Of a DNA stretch of 52,600 nucleotides, positions 1-10,609 are shown piece after piece (the stretch's first letter is position 1; every line of letters starts with the position of its first letter). This stretch comes from a virus. Lineage: Duplodnaviria; Caudoviricetes. Below the pieces are notes generated by a model. That model was not told where the DNA came from and did no database searches. It saw only the letters and a list, made by a program, of their open reading frames with translations. A program made the position numbers and the translations under genes. The stretch covers positions 1 through 52,600 of the IMG/VR virus record IMGVR_UViG_3300017783_000031. One strand, 5' to 3'.

Positions 1-1
1 A

Positions 2-67
2 CTTATTGAAGCAGTAAAAGAATTATCACAAGAAGTTACTGAATTAAAAAAACAAATAAACGCATAG
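2..67 (+). CDS. 3' end of a tail fibre gene, probable Peptidase_S74-type intramolecular chaperone C-terminal coiled coil (partial)
   Basis: Frame 2 reads LIEAVKELSQEVTELKKQINA*, typical of the LIEAVKEL coiled-coil end of S74 chaperone domains; lies directly upstream of the adhesin gene. Confidence 0.6.
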   Translation, partial: LIEAVKELSQEVTELKKQINA

Positions 68-70
68 ACT

Positions 71-3000
71 ATGCCAATACAAAATACTGGTTCGGATATT
101 AGATTAAGAGGTAACGCTGGAGATAGTGTAACTGATATAAACGAGGAAATAAATGGTAATTCCACGGATACCAACGTTTCATTAGGCACACTTAATACAA
201 CAGCATTTACTAATGTTTCTGACGGTAGTGTGATTACCGGTAGGGCTATGTCTGAAATGCAAGGCTATTCTACCTTTACATCTGCTTTGCCACAAACAGA
301 AGCTACGGGTGCTTTAGGCGAGAGTTTATTATTAGATGGTAGTAATTACACTTTCCATAGAATACCAAGTTTAACAAGCAATAGAACAACGTTTACATAT
401 AGTGGCTGGTATAAGTTTAATAATTTAGATTCTGGTAACATAATCATTATGGAATCCGGGCCTACAAGTGGCAATGGATATATTAGCTTAAGAATTGATA
501 ATACTAATAACAATATATACGGTTTAGTTGGAAACAATCCTGGAAACCCATGGCTTGTTAGAAGCCCAGAGTTGTTTTTTGACACGTCTTCTTGGTTTCA
601 TTTTGTTTTTGCTGTAGATACAACTAAAGATTTTATAAATGATAGACTTAGAGTTTATGTTAATGGTATAGAAATAAAATTTACATATACAGCTAATACT
701 ATAGCAAAAAATCAAACTTTTTTTATAAACGATGGTTCATCAAGAATTTGTGTTGGTAGAACAGCTAGAACAGATCAATATGCTCAATTTGGCCAAACGG
801 TTGTTGCCGACGCTAAATTTATTGATGGTACACAACTACGACCAGATAGTTTTGGTGAATTAATACAAGGTATATGGATACCTAAAGCATTTAATACGCC
901 TAGTACAGATCAACCTGTTACAAGAGGTTTAATTGCTGATTATCAGTTTAATGGAAATGCTAATGATACATCAGGTACGGCAACAACTTATAATGGTACA
1001 GTTTCTAATACTGAGTTTATAACTAATAATTATGGCTCTATTAAAATAGCAGGAAGTTCTGATAAAGTAGATTTTAGTGGATACTCACACTCTATGTTTA
1101 ATAATGCTACTGTTTCTGTTTCAACCTGGGTAAATGCACAAGCTTTAGCATCTCCATCACAGGCTGGATCTCATATATTTATGGGTCAAGGAAATTGGCA
1201 GATTCAAATTACTAATAGTAGTACTTATGGAATTTATTTTACGAAGTATCATGGTAGCAGTGGTGGCAACAATAATACAAACTGGGCACGCTATGTTCCT
1301 GGAGGAGGAGTAAAAACTGGAGTTTGGTATCATATAGTTGTTGTTGATGACACACCTAATGGAAATGGCATTAAATTATATGTAGATGGAAATCTTGTAG
1401 CTCAAAACACAGCATATACTCAAGTTGATTCTAATAACTGGGTTGCTGGGATAGCTAACTATCCTGGTAGAACAGGTGGTAATTATGTAATAGGGGAAAC
1501 TAAAGTTTTTACTAGTGCCTTAACCGCATCAGAAGTTTTGCAAGAACATAACGCCACAAAATATAAATATGCTTATGGTCTAAACGGTTTTTGGTTGCCA
1601 CTTAATAATACATCAATTGGCAGCATAGACAGCAGTAGTAATTTAAAATTACATTTAGATGCATCTAATAATTCTTCATACGGAGGCAGTGGTACGACTT
1701 GGAGTGATTTAACTAGTAATAGTAATAATGGCACTATATCAGGTGCTAACTTTTTATCTACAACTAATGGTGGTGTTTTTGAATTTGATGGTAATAATGA
1801 TTCTGTACAAGTAAATACGCTTGCAGGAATTACAAACTATAATTTCACTATGTCTATTTGGGTAAATACGACTGATACGCTTGCTTATTATGTTTCTTTT
1901 AGGGATCCAATTTATATTACTTTTGGGTCTGTATATAGTAGCAACAGCGTTGGGATGGGCATATATGATGGAACAAATCAATACTTTATAAATAATACTG
2001 CAATGCAGAGTATTGATGATGGTAAATGGCATCACGTGGTATTAACACATAATGGTACAAATCTTGTAGGTTATATTGATGGAAACATTATAGCGACTGT
2101 ATCTACAGGTACTACAACACACCATTCAGGAGGAACTAATCATAATAGGATTGGGATGCGAGGTGATGGTGTTTCAACTACTTATGATTTTAATGGAAAA
2201 GTAGCACAGTTTAGAATATACAACAAAGCTTTAACAGCGCAAGAAGTTATTACAAACTACCGCGCTACACAAGGTAACTACGAGCAAGTAAGTTTAGTAG
2301 ACATATCTGGTAATGCTAATAGCTTTACATCAACTAATATAGATTATACAGATCATATTAAAGATGAGCCATTAGATAATTATGCTACATTGAATCCATT
2401 AGAACCTTACGCTGATCAATTTTCTTTTTCAGAAGGTAATACAAAATTTACTAGTGCTACAACAGGTTATCATACGAGTTCTGCTAATATGGCCTTGACT
2501 TCAGGAAAATGGTATGTTGAGTTTAAATATTTAGGTTCAAGTGCTTATGGTAGTGCTAGAATCGGCCCGTCAATATTAGGAGATATTACCGGTTTGAACA
2601 GTTATGGCGGTACAACTACTAACTCTTGGATGTGGGGATCTAATGGAGCTATATATAATAATAATGCAAATATTGCATCATCTTCTGTTACAGCTACGAC
2701 AGGTGATATTATTGGGTTTGCTATAGATTTAAATAATTATCGTTGGTTTATAAGTAAAAATGGTAGTTTTTTATATTCGCATGATCCCGCCACACCATCA
2801 ACAGGTATAGATATATCTGGTTTTACGGATTATTTTATAGGCTTTCATGCTTACACCACAACTGATATAGGTAAATTTTATTTTGGTGCAGAAGGCTTTA
2901 ATTACACACCTCCAACAGGATTTAAAGCCTTATCAACTAAAAACCTTCCGGCTCCTTCAATTAATCCAGATGGTGCAACACCAGATAAACCAAGTAATCA

Positions 3001-6000
3001 CTTTAAAGCTGTAATATATCAAGGTAATGGTGGTAAACAAGGTGAAACTTATGGTTTTAAAGATGGTAGTAGAGCTGCGGTATTTAATGGCAGTAGTAGT
3101 AAAATAGATTTAGGAAATAATTCATCAAATAATTCATCTACTATAAGTGTTTCTTTATGGTTTAAAACAACAGGGCATAGTGGTACTGCTACTTTAATAA
3201 ATAATGGAGGATCAAATAGCAATGAAACAGGGTATTTTTTAGGATTAAATTCTAATGGAACTGTAAAATTCGAAGCAGGTGGGGGGACGGTCAATAGCTC
3301 AGTAAATTATGCAGATGATATTTGGCATCATATAGTTTTAACTTTAAATAGCGGAACATATAATATATATGTAGATGGAAATACAACACCCGTACTTACT
3401 GGAAGCGGTGCATTTACATCAACCGCTACTAGGCCAACTTGGATAGGCCAGTTTTCATATGCTTTATCAAATATAGAATTTTTTAATGGCTTAATAGATG
3501 ATGTAAGAATATATTCAGATGTGCTTACAACAACAGAAGTAGGTTATCTTTATAATGATGATACTACAAATATTGCTAATATTAGTAATCAAGTAGCGTA
3601 TTATGATATGGAGAGTGATTCTAATAATAATACATTACAAACTATTACAAGTGTTGCAACTTATCAGCTTAATAGCGATGGTGGCACAACAAACAACGTA
3701 CCTGACACCACAACAAACTACAACGGAACTGCTTCTAACATAACCTATGCTTCAGGGAAATTTGATAATGCTGCGGTATTAAATGGAAGTAGTAGCGTAA
3801 TAACATTGCCTAGTATCTCACAATTACCATCAAACAGTAATAATACTAATAATTTTACATTTAGTTGCTGGGTTAAATCTACCACTACAAGATTAAATAA
3901 CGGAGGAGGAAGCAATCCTATTTTTCAAAATAATGTTGGCTCTTACCAATTTATTGGGTTTGGTGGCAATGATAACGGAAATTTTCCCGCGGGAAGACTT
4001 TTTTATTATACATATGGAGGCTCCGGTCAACACAATAGTTGGATTATAACACCTAACACTTATGATAATGGCCAATGGCACCATCTTGTAGTTACAGATA
4101 AATATAACTCTGGAAGCGACAATAGAACAAGAACTATATATGTTGATGGAACACAAATAGTTCAAGATACAGTAGATAAAAACTTTTTAAACGGTACCGC
4201 AACCAATCATACATTAGGGGATGCAACAGGAACCGGGAACAGGCATGCGGGCATGGATCTTGACCAGGTAAGATTATTTAATGTACCGCTGGGGCAAGAG
4301 GGTGTGACAGCGTTGTATAACGAAACTACCACTTCAGCTCAGAGTGCTAGTATTCAAGGTTCACTTGATTATGATGGTGCTGACACTAACGTAACTTACA
4401 CTCAAGATAAACCTTATGGTAATATCAACGTTGGATTTGCTCCGGATTTTGTTTGGATAAAAAATAGAAATGGTAACAACTCACACATTTTGCAAGATTC
4501 TGTTAGAGGGTCAGGAAGTTCTAAAACACTCCATTCTGACTTGACTGCTTATGAGGGTCAATATGGCTCATACGGGAACATATCTTCTTTTGATGCAAAT
4601 GGTTTTTCCCCAAACGCAGGTTCAAATGGGGCTCACAACACAAATCTTTTAAATAATGTTTATGTAGCTTGGAACTGGAAAGCAGGCGGAACAGCAGTGT
4701 CAAACACAGATGGGGATATTACGGCAACAGTTAGTGCAAATCCTGATGCAGGGTTTAGTATTATAAAGTGGGATGCAACAACTACAGGAAGTGATAGATT
4801 AGGTCACGGTTTAGATAATAAGCCTGAACTTGTTATAATGAAAAATATAAGCAATTCAAATAGAAATTGGTTTGTATTTACAGATATAATTGACGGAAGT
4901 TATGACTATTTATATTTAAATTTAACAAACAATAAAGCCAATAGCACAAGAAATGTTCCTACTGCTGAGGTGTTTGACCAAGGTAACTTAGGAGGTGTTG
5001 TTGCAGGAGATGACTGTATCGCCTACTGCTTCCATTCAGTAGATGGTTTTTCCAAAATCGGCTCGTACACTGGAAATGGTTCATCTGATGGTCCATTTGT
5101 TCATACAGGATTTAAACCAGCTTGGGTTATGATAAAATCATATTCCAGTGGTAATGCAGGTGATTGGATGATAGTTGATAATGCAAGAGAAGTTAAAAAC
5201 ACTCTAGACTTAAGGTTAGATGCAAACTCATCAGATGATGAAGCTACGGATACTATAATGGATTTTTATTCTAATGGCTTTAAATTAAAAACTGCAAGTG
5301 CTGCTAAAAATAGAAATGGGTATGGGTTTCTCTACATGGCATTTGCTGAAGAACCAGTTAAATACTCTAACGGTGTAGCTACATTAGGTGATGGTAATGA
5401 ATTTATTCAAGATACTAATTACCCTGAAGATAATTTTAGTACTAATATATATACTGGTGATAGTGTTGATGGCCGACTTATAAAAACAGGATTTTCTCCT
5501 GATTTAACTTGGATAAAAGCAAGAAATCAGCCATTTTACCATTTTATATTCGATTCTTTAAGAATTGACCCTAATGATGACTATCATATAATGTCTAGTG
5601 ATGCTGGCGCGGAAGGAACTGTAGGGGAATCAAATCAAAGATTAAAAGAGTTTAGAAGCGATGGGTTTATTTTAGGTGGCGGCGGGCAACTTTCTAATAT
5701 TAATAAAGCCAGCAATAATTACGTTGCTTGGTCGTGGAAAGCTGCAGGCCATGAATATAAATCTGCCAGTTTTAATGGGAGTAATAGTAAAATAAATTTA
5801 TCAACTATTTCAAATATAAAAACTTATTCTTTTTGGATTAATCCTAATTCTAGCGGAAATCCTACTTATGCAAGGAGGATATTTGGTAATATAGGCGGAA
5901 CATCTTATACTTATTCTATTGTGCTAGACCCAGGATTTGGTGCCGCCGGGCAGGGTAGGATGGTTTATTACGAAAATACATCGGCAAGATACGGGGATAT

Positions 6001-7093
6001 AATTAATTTTGATGAATGGAGCCATATAGCTTTTACTTCGGATGGAACTACTTTAAAAGTATACACAAACGGAATTTTAAGCAATAGCTACACCACAAGT
6101 AGTTTTGTTAGTTCTATAAACGAAATATGTAGCACAACTTCAAATAGACAGTTTAAAGGGAAAATAGACCAAGTAAGAATATTTAACAAGCCAATTTTAC
6201 CCTCAGAAGGTGCAACATTATATAATGAAACAAAAAGCACCGTAGATACACTACAAGTTTTAGGGGATGCATCGTGTATAGCAACATATAGATTAAACGG
6301 AGATGCTTTAGATTTATCAGGTAACTATAATGGCACTGAAAGCAATATTGATTATGTAAAAGGCGGCCACTTTACTTATAACATTTACGAAAACAAAGCT
6401 AGAACATTTAGCCACAAAGCATCTGATCTAAATTTAAATACTCATCCTATTGTACCCGATGCTATTAGTGTCAATAGAGACAACGGTTTTAGTATTATAA
6501 AATGGAAAGGAAATGGTGTTGGTGAAAGTAATACAGAGGGTGCTTTAGTGTCGCATGGGCTAGGTAGTATTCCGGATATTGTAATTTTAAAAGATTTAGA
6601 TGCTAGTAGTGATTGGATGGTGCATTCGTATAATTTATGGACAGATCCAACTGATTATTATTTAAAATTAAACCAAAATATTTCAATAACAAACGGAACT
6701 GGATATCCATATAGAGTAACATCAACAGGATTTGCTAATGCATATAGAAATACACTTAATAATAATTATATAGCTTATGCTTGGCACTCTGTTCCTGGTT
6801 TTAGTAAAATAGGTTCTTTTACAGGAACGGGTTCAAGCGGTAATAAAATTTTAACAGGATTTGAACCAGAGTTTTTAATGATAAAAGGAACATCAATTAA
6901 TGGTAATTGGACAATTTTTGACAATCAAAGATCAAATGAAACTCTTTGGGCTAATTTAAATAATAGTTATGGTAGTGTTTCGACTACTAATAATTTTTCA
7001 TTTAATTCCGATGGATTCACAAGCCTTGGAGGTGGTAGTTCTACTAACAGTAATAATCACAATTATATATATATGGCCTTTGCACACAGATAA
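71..7093 (+). CDS. Giant tail fibre/adhesin-like virion protein with multiple LamG/concanavalin-A-like domains, a SPRY-like domain and duplicated PDxxWIKxR beta-repeat blocks (2340 aa)
   Basis: Repeated LamG motifs (WHHIVLT..YVDG, FNGxIDxVRIY), SGKWYVEF..GDIIGFAIDL SPRY-like motif, two blocks each ending YMAFA; Gly/Ser/Thr/Asn rich. Confidence 0.8.
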   Translation: MPIQNTGSDIRLRGNAGDSVTDINEEINGNSTDTNVSLGTLNTTAFTNVSDGSVITGRAMSEMQGYSTFTSALPQTEATGALGESLLLDGSNYTFHRIPSLTSNRTTFTYSGWYKFNNLDSGNIIIMESGPTSGNGYISLRIDNTNNNIYGLVGNNPGNPWLVRSPELFFDTSSWFHFVFAVDTTKDFINDRLRVYVNGIEIKFTYTANTIAKNQTFFINDGSSRICVGRTARTDQYAQFGQTVVADAKFIDGTQLRPDSFGELIQGIWIPKAFNTPSTDQPVTRGLIADYQFNGNANDTSGTATTYNGTVSNTEFITNNYGSIKIAGSSDKVDFSGYSHSMFNNATVSVSTWVNAQALASPSQAGSHIFMGQGNWQIQITNSSTYGIYFTKYHGSSGGNNNTNWARYVPGGGVKTGVWYHIVVVDDTPNGNGIKLYVDGNLVAQNTAYTQVDSNNWVAGIANYPGRTGGNYVIGETKVFTSALTASEVLQEHNATKYKYAYGLNGFWLPLNNTSIGSIDSSSNLKLHLDASNNSSYGGSGTTWSDLTSNSNNGTISGANFLSTTNGGVFEFDGNNDSVQVNTLAGITNYNFTMSIWVNTTDTLAYYVSFRDPIYITFGSVYSSNSVGMGIYDGTNQYFINNTAMQSIDDGKWHHVVLTHNGTNLVGYIDGNIIATVSTGTTTHHSGGTNHNRIGMRGDGVSTTYDFNGKVAQFRIYNKALTAQEVITNYRATQGNYEQVSLVDISGNANSFTSTNIDYTDHIKDEPLDNYATLNPLEPYADQFSFSEGNTKFTSATTGYHTSSANMALTSGKWYVEFKYLGSSAYGSARIGPSILGDITGLNSYGGTTTNSWMWGSNGAIYNNNANIASSSVTATTGDIIGFAIDLNNYRWFISKNGSFLYSHDPATPSTGIDISGFTDYFIGFHAYTTTDIGKFYFGAEGFNYTPPTGFKALSTKNLPAPSINPDGATPDKPSNHFKAVIYQGNGGKQGETYGFKDGSRAAVFNGSSSKIDLGNNSSNNSSTISVSLWFKTTGHSGTATLINNGGSNSNETGYFLGLNSNGTVKFEAGGGTVNSSVNYADDIWHHIVLTLNSGTYNIYVDGNTTPVLTGSGAFTSTATRPTWIGQFSYALSNIEFFNGLIDDVRIYSDVLTTTEVGYLYNDDTTNIANISNQVAYYDMESDSNNNTLQTITSVATYQLNSDGGTTNNVPDTTTNYNGTASNITYASGKFDNAAVLNGSSSVITLPSISQLPSNSNNTNNFTFSCWVKSTTTRLNNGGGSNPIFQNNVGSYQFIGFGGNDNGNFPAGRLFYYTYGGSGQHNSWIITPNTYDNGQWHHLVVTDKYNSGSDNRTRTIYVDGTQIVQDTVDKNFLNGTATNHTLGDATGTGNRHAGMDLDQVRLFNVPLGQEGVTALYNETTTSAQSASIQGSLDYDGADTNVTYTQDKPYGNINVGFAPDFVWIKNRNGNNSHILQDSVRGSGSSKTLHSDLTAYEGQYGSYGNISSFDANGFSPNAGSNGAHNTNLLNNVYVAWNWKAGGTAVSNTDGDITATVSANPDAGFSIIKWDATTTGSDRLGHGLDNKPELVIMKNISNSNRNWFVFTDIIDGSYDYLYLNLTNNKANSTRNVPTAEVFDQGNLGGVVAGDDCIAYCFHSVDGFSKIGSYTGNGSSDGPFVHTGFKPAWVMIKSYSSGNAGDWMIVDNAREVKNTLDLRLDANSSDDEATDTIMDFYSNGFKLKTASAAKNRNGYGFLYMAFAEEPVKYSNGVATLGDGNEFIQDTNYPEDNFSTNIYTGDSVDGRLIKTGFSPDLTWIKARNQPFYHFIFDSLRIDPNDDYHIMSSDAGAEGTVGESNQRLKEFRSDGFILGGGGQLSNINKASNNYVAWSWKAAGHEYKSASFNGSNSKINLSTISNIKTYSFWINPNSSGNPTYARRIFGNIGGTSYTYSIVLDPGFGAAGQGRMVYYENTSARYGDIINFDEWSHIAFTSDGTTLKVYTNGILSNSYTTSSFVSSINEICSTTSNRQFKGKIDQVRIFNKPILPSEGATLYNETKSTVDTLQVLGDASCIATYRLNGDALDLSGNYNGTESNIDYVKGGHFTYNIYENKARTFSHKASDLNLNTHPIVPDAISVNRDNGFSIIKWKGNGVGESNTEGALVSHGLGSIPDIVILKDLDASSDWMVHSYNLWTDPTDYYLKLNQNISITNGTGYPYRVTSTGFANAYRNTLNNNYIAYAWHSVPGFSKIGSFTGTGSSGNKILTGFEPEFLMIKGTSINGNWTIFDNQRSNETLWANLNNSYGSVSTTNNFSFNSDGFTSLGGGSSTNSNNHNYIYMAFAHR

Positions 7094-7134
7094 AAATACA
7101 CAATAAATAACTATATTTACTTAAATTTTATACA

Positions 7135-7383
7135 ATGAAAAAACAAATTAAAACAGAAGAGTTAGCAAAATTACAAAATTTAGCAACAGTTATTAAAACA
7201 ACTCAAGAGCAAGTAGGAGTGCTAGAAACACAAAAGCACGTGTTATTACATAAATATGATATATTAAGCCAAGAGTTAAATAAATTTAAATCAGAGCTAC
7301 AAGAAACATACGGAGACGTGAGTATAGACATTAAAGATGGTAGCTTTAAAAAAATTAAAAATGAATCTAATAAGGAAGATTAG
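7135..7383 (+). CDS. Small coiled-coil protein (possible fibre assembly chaperone)
   Basis: 82-aa heptad-rich ORF ending YGDVSIDIKDGSF; directly follows the fibre gene. Confidence 0.5.
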   Translation: MKKQIKTEELAKLQNLATVIKTTQEQVGVLETQKHVLLHKYDILSQELNKFKSELQETYGDVSIDIKDGSFKKIKNESNKED

Positions 7384-7579
7384 TATTGGTCGTGATTATA
7401 AAAATGATGCAATGCATTATAGTGTAGGTCAAGAGGTTTTTGGAGGACATACTATAGTAGAAATTATAGAAGAAAAAGAAAGCTACAATATATTTATAGA
7501 AAAAAACGAAGAGGTTTTACCTTGGAAAAATTTTAATAAAAACATGGCAATAGCCGTAGAATACAATTTAGAGTATTAA
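7361..7579 (+). CDS. Conserved hypothetical phage protein (72 aa, MNLIRKISIGRDYK...)
   Basis: ATG at 7361 after an A-rich leader is preferred over the track start 7337; stop overlaps the next ATG. Confidence 0.6.
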   Translation: MNLIRKISIGRDYKNDAMHYSVGQEVFGGHTIVEIIEEKESYNIFIEKNEEVLPWKNFNKNMAIAVEYNLEY

Positions 7580-8172
7580 TGAAACATTTACATGCGTACA
7601 TTATAGAACCTATTGATGGCAGATATACTAATAATAAAAAAATAGGCAACTCTAATTTAATTTTAAATACATCTATAGAAGATCACAAATTTGTGAATAG
7701 AATAGGAGTTGTTGTTGAAACACCAATAAATAATTCTGTGTTAAAAAAAGGAGATGAAATAGTTGTGCATCATAATACGTTTAGAAGATATTATGATATG
7801 AAAGGTAAAGCTAAAAATAGCAGTAATTATTTTAAAGATAATTTGTTTTTTTGCTACATAGATCAAATATTTTTATATAAAAGGAAAAATCAGTGGCAAG
7901 TTCCCGAAGAATACTGTTTTGTAAAGCCTATTATTGAAGATAAACAATTTAGCGATCAAAAAGAAAAGCCATTAACGGGCGTTTTAAAGCATTTAGGGGA
8001 TCATTTAAGGAGCTTTAATCTTTCAGAAAATGATTTAATAGGTTTTACGCCTAATAGTGAGTATGAGTTCGTTATTGATAACGAAAAATTATATAGAGTA
8101 CCTGTAAATTCAATAGCAATTAAATATGACAGAAAAGGAACTGAAGTTGAATATAATCCAAGCTGGATATAA
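7579..8172 (+). CDS. GroES/chaperonin-10-like protein (probably tandem GroES-like folds)
   Basis: IIEP..LILN..GVVVETP..LKKGDEIVVHH, followed by a second FVKP..GVLK..LSENDLIGF..EYEF..LYRV unit; located before terminase as in phi38:1-like phages. Confidence 0.6.
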   Translation: MKHLHAYIIEPIDGRYTNNKKIGNSNLILNTSIEDHKFVNRIGVVVETPINNSVLKKGDEIVVHHNTFRRYYDMKGKAKNSSNYFKDNLFFCYIDQIFLYKRKNQWQVPEEYCFVKPIIEDKQFSDQKEKPLTGVLKHLGDHLRSFNLSENDLIGFTPNSEYEFVIDNEKLYRVPVNSIAIKYDRKGTEVEYNPSWI

Positions 8173-8401
8173 AGCAGTGCACGAACTTATACGTGTTGCT
8201 GAAGAAGAAATTATAGTAGATGGGGCTGAAGACGAGTTAGCTGCTGATAGATTAAAAAACGCGGCTGCAACTAAAAAACTTGCAATATTTGATGCTTTTG
8301 AAATACTTACTCGTATAGAAGCCGAAAAAAATATTATGCATGATAAACCTGCTGAAAGCAGAAAAAGCTTTGGTGGTTTTGCTGAAAAAAGATCTAAATA
8401 A
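8126..8401 (+). CDS. Probable terminase small subunit
   Basis: 91-aa helical ORF immediately upstream of and translationally coupled to TerL (positional inference). Confidence 0.5.
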   Translation: MTEKELKLNIIQAGYKAVHELIRVAEEEIIVDGAEDELAADRLKNAAATKKLAIFDAFEILTRIEAEKNIMHDKPAESRKSFGGFAEKRSK

Positions 8402-10608
8402 TGTACGAGCAAACATTAGTTAAAACCGTAAAGCCTATAAAAGAAAATGTTATTAAAAGAAATAACAGATATAAAAAATGGCTATATGGTTATAATAAAG
8501 AATATGATATTATTGTTATTAGTAAAAACGGCACAATAGGGGAAATTGTTGAAATACAAAATTTAGTTATAGCTTTGCCATTATCACCCAAAAACGCTGA
8601 AAATAATAATAACAAATGGGAAGCTCATATATATCCTAAAGAATTAAAACAAATCAATACAATATTTGATTGGGAATCATATCCTGAGTCTTTTAAAAAT
8701 AAATGGTATGCATATATTGATAGAGAATTTACTAGGCGCGAAGAAGGCTATTGGTTTTATAATAAAAATAATCTTACTTATATTACTGGTTCTCATTATA
8801 TGTACTTGCAGCACACCAAGATTGATGTTGGGAAGCCAGACTACAGAGAAGCTAATAGAATATTCTTTATTTTCTGGGAAGCGTGTAAAGCCGATTATAG
8901 GTCTTATGGAATGTGCTATCTTAAAAACAGACGGTCTGGTTTCTCATTTATGTCCTCGGCAGAAGCAGTTGCTCAAGCTACAATTACTACCGACGCACGG
9001 TTCGGAATATTGTCCAAATCTGGGGCTGATGCTAAAAAAATGTTTACCGACAAAGTTGTCCCTATATCCGTCAATTACCCGTTCTTTTTTAAGCCAATAC
9101 AAGACGGTATGGATAGACCAAAAACTGAATTAGCATATAGAGTGCCCGCTAGTAAGCTTACCCGGAAATCTATTACTGAAACCGATGAAAAACAAATATT
9201 AGAGGGATTAGATACAACTATTGATTGGAAAAATACAGGAGACAATAGTTATGATGGAGAAAAGTTAAAATTGTTGGTACATGATGAGTCTGGAAAATGG
9301 GAGCGACCTGATAATATATTAAATAACTGGCGAGTAACAAAAACCACATTAAGATTAGGTAGTCGCATTATAGGTAAATGCATGATGGGCTCTACTTCAA
9401 ACTCTTTAGATAAAGGAGGCGAAAATTTTAAAAAATTATATTATGACTCCGACGTTACAAAAAGAAATAAGAATGGCCAGACTAGCTCAGGACTATATTC
9501 TTTGTTTATACCTATGGAGTGGAATTACGAAGGATACATTGATTCTTATGGACACCCTGTATTTGATACGCCAAAAGTACCCGCGATTGACAACGCTGGA
9601 TGCGAAATTGATACAGGTGTTGTAGATTTTTGGCATAACGAAGTTGATGGATTAAAGCATGACTCAGACGGTTTAAACGAATATTACCGACAATTTCCTA
9701 GAACAGAAGAGCACGCGTTTAGAGACGAAGCTAAAAATAGTATATTTAATTTAAGCAAAATTTATGAGCAAATAGACTATAATGAAGACCTAGAAAGAAA
9801 TGGATTTGTTACAAGAGGAAGCTTTTCTTGGGAAAATGGTATTAAAGACACAAGGGTAATGTTTACCCCAAATAGATCAGGGCGATTTTTGGTCTCATGG
9901 ACCCCACCTAAAAACCTTGAAAACAATGTAATAAACAAAGGAGGGATAAAATATCCCAGCAATGAGCATGTTGGTGCTTTTGGATGTGACTCTTACGATA
10001 TATCAGGCACAACTGATGGGCAAGGATCTAAAGGATCTCTTCATGGGCTTACAAAATTTAGCATGGAAGACGCTCCTCCTAATACATTTTTTTTAGAATA
10101 CATTGCAAGACCTCAAACCGCTGAAATATTTTTTGAAGATGTGCTCATGGCTCTTATATATTATGGAATGCCTTTATTAGCAGAAAATAATAAACCAAGG
10201 CTTTTATATCATTTAAAAAGAAGAGGTTATAGAGGGTTTGCAATGAATAGACCTGATAAAATTTGGAATAAATTATCGGTAACAGAAAAAGAAATTGGTG
10301 GAATACCAAATTCATCTGAAGATATTAAACAAGCTCACGCGGCGGCTATTGAAACTTATATTAATAAACACGTAGGAATAACCGAAGAAGGCGGAGGTAA
10401 TATATATTTTAATAAAACCTTAAATGATTGGGCAAAGTTTGATATAAATAAAAGAACAAAATTTGATGCAACTATAAGTTCCGGATTAGCTATAATGGCT
10501 TGCAATAGACATTTATATTATCCAAAACCCAAAGTTGAAAAACAAAATGTAAATTTAAAAATTTCTAAATTTAATAATAAAGGATTGCATTCGCAAATAA
10601 TACAATAG
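8401..10608 (+). CDS. terL: Terminase large subunit
   Basis: LKNRRSGFS Walker-A-like motif, LLVHDESGKW Walker B, MGSTSN motif III, nuclease domain GCDSYD and C-terminal FDATISSGLA. Confidence 0.9.
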   Translation: MYEQTLVKTVKPIKENVIKRNNRYKKWLYGYNKEYDIIVISKNGTIGEIVEIQNLVIALPLSPKNAENNNNKWEAHIYPKELKQINTIFDWESYPESFKNKWYAYIDREFTRREEGYWFYNKNNLTYITGSHYMYLQHTKIDVGKPDYREANRIFFIFWEACKADYRSYGMCYLKNRRSGFSFMSSAEAVAQATITTDARFGILSKSGADAKKMFTDKVVPISVNYPFFFKPIQDGMDRPKTELAYRVPASKLTRKSITETDEKQILEGLDTTIDWKNTGDNSYDGEKLKLLVHDESGKWERPDNILNNWRVTKTTLRLGSRIIGKCMMGSTSNSLDKGGENFKKLYYDSDVTKRNKNGQTSSGLYSLFIPMEWNYEGYIDSYGHPVFDTPKVPAIDNAGCEIDTGVVDFWHNEVDGLKHDSDGLNEYYRQFPRTEEHAFRDEAKNSIFNLSKIYEQIDYNEDLERNGFVTRGSFSWENGIKDTRVMFTPNRSGRFLVSWTPPKNLENNVINKGGIKYPSNEHVGAFGCDSYDISGTTDGQGSKGSLHGLTKFSMEDAPPNTFFLEYIARPQTAEIFFEDVLMALIYYGMPLLAENNKPRLLYHLKRRGYRGFAMNRPDKIWNKLSVTEKEIGGIPNSSEDIKQAHAAAIETYINKHVGITEEGGGNIYFNKTLNDWAKFDINKRTKFDATISSGLAIMACNRHLYYPKPKVEKQNVNLKISKFNNKGLHSQIIQ

Positions 10609-10609
10609 C

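Noticed and set aside
8666-9133. 155-aa alternative-frame ORF inside terL
   Set aside because: No ATG start, no recognisable motif, and it lies over the conserved ATPase core; probably a chance open frame, though longer than typical
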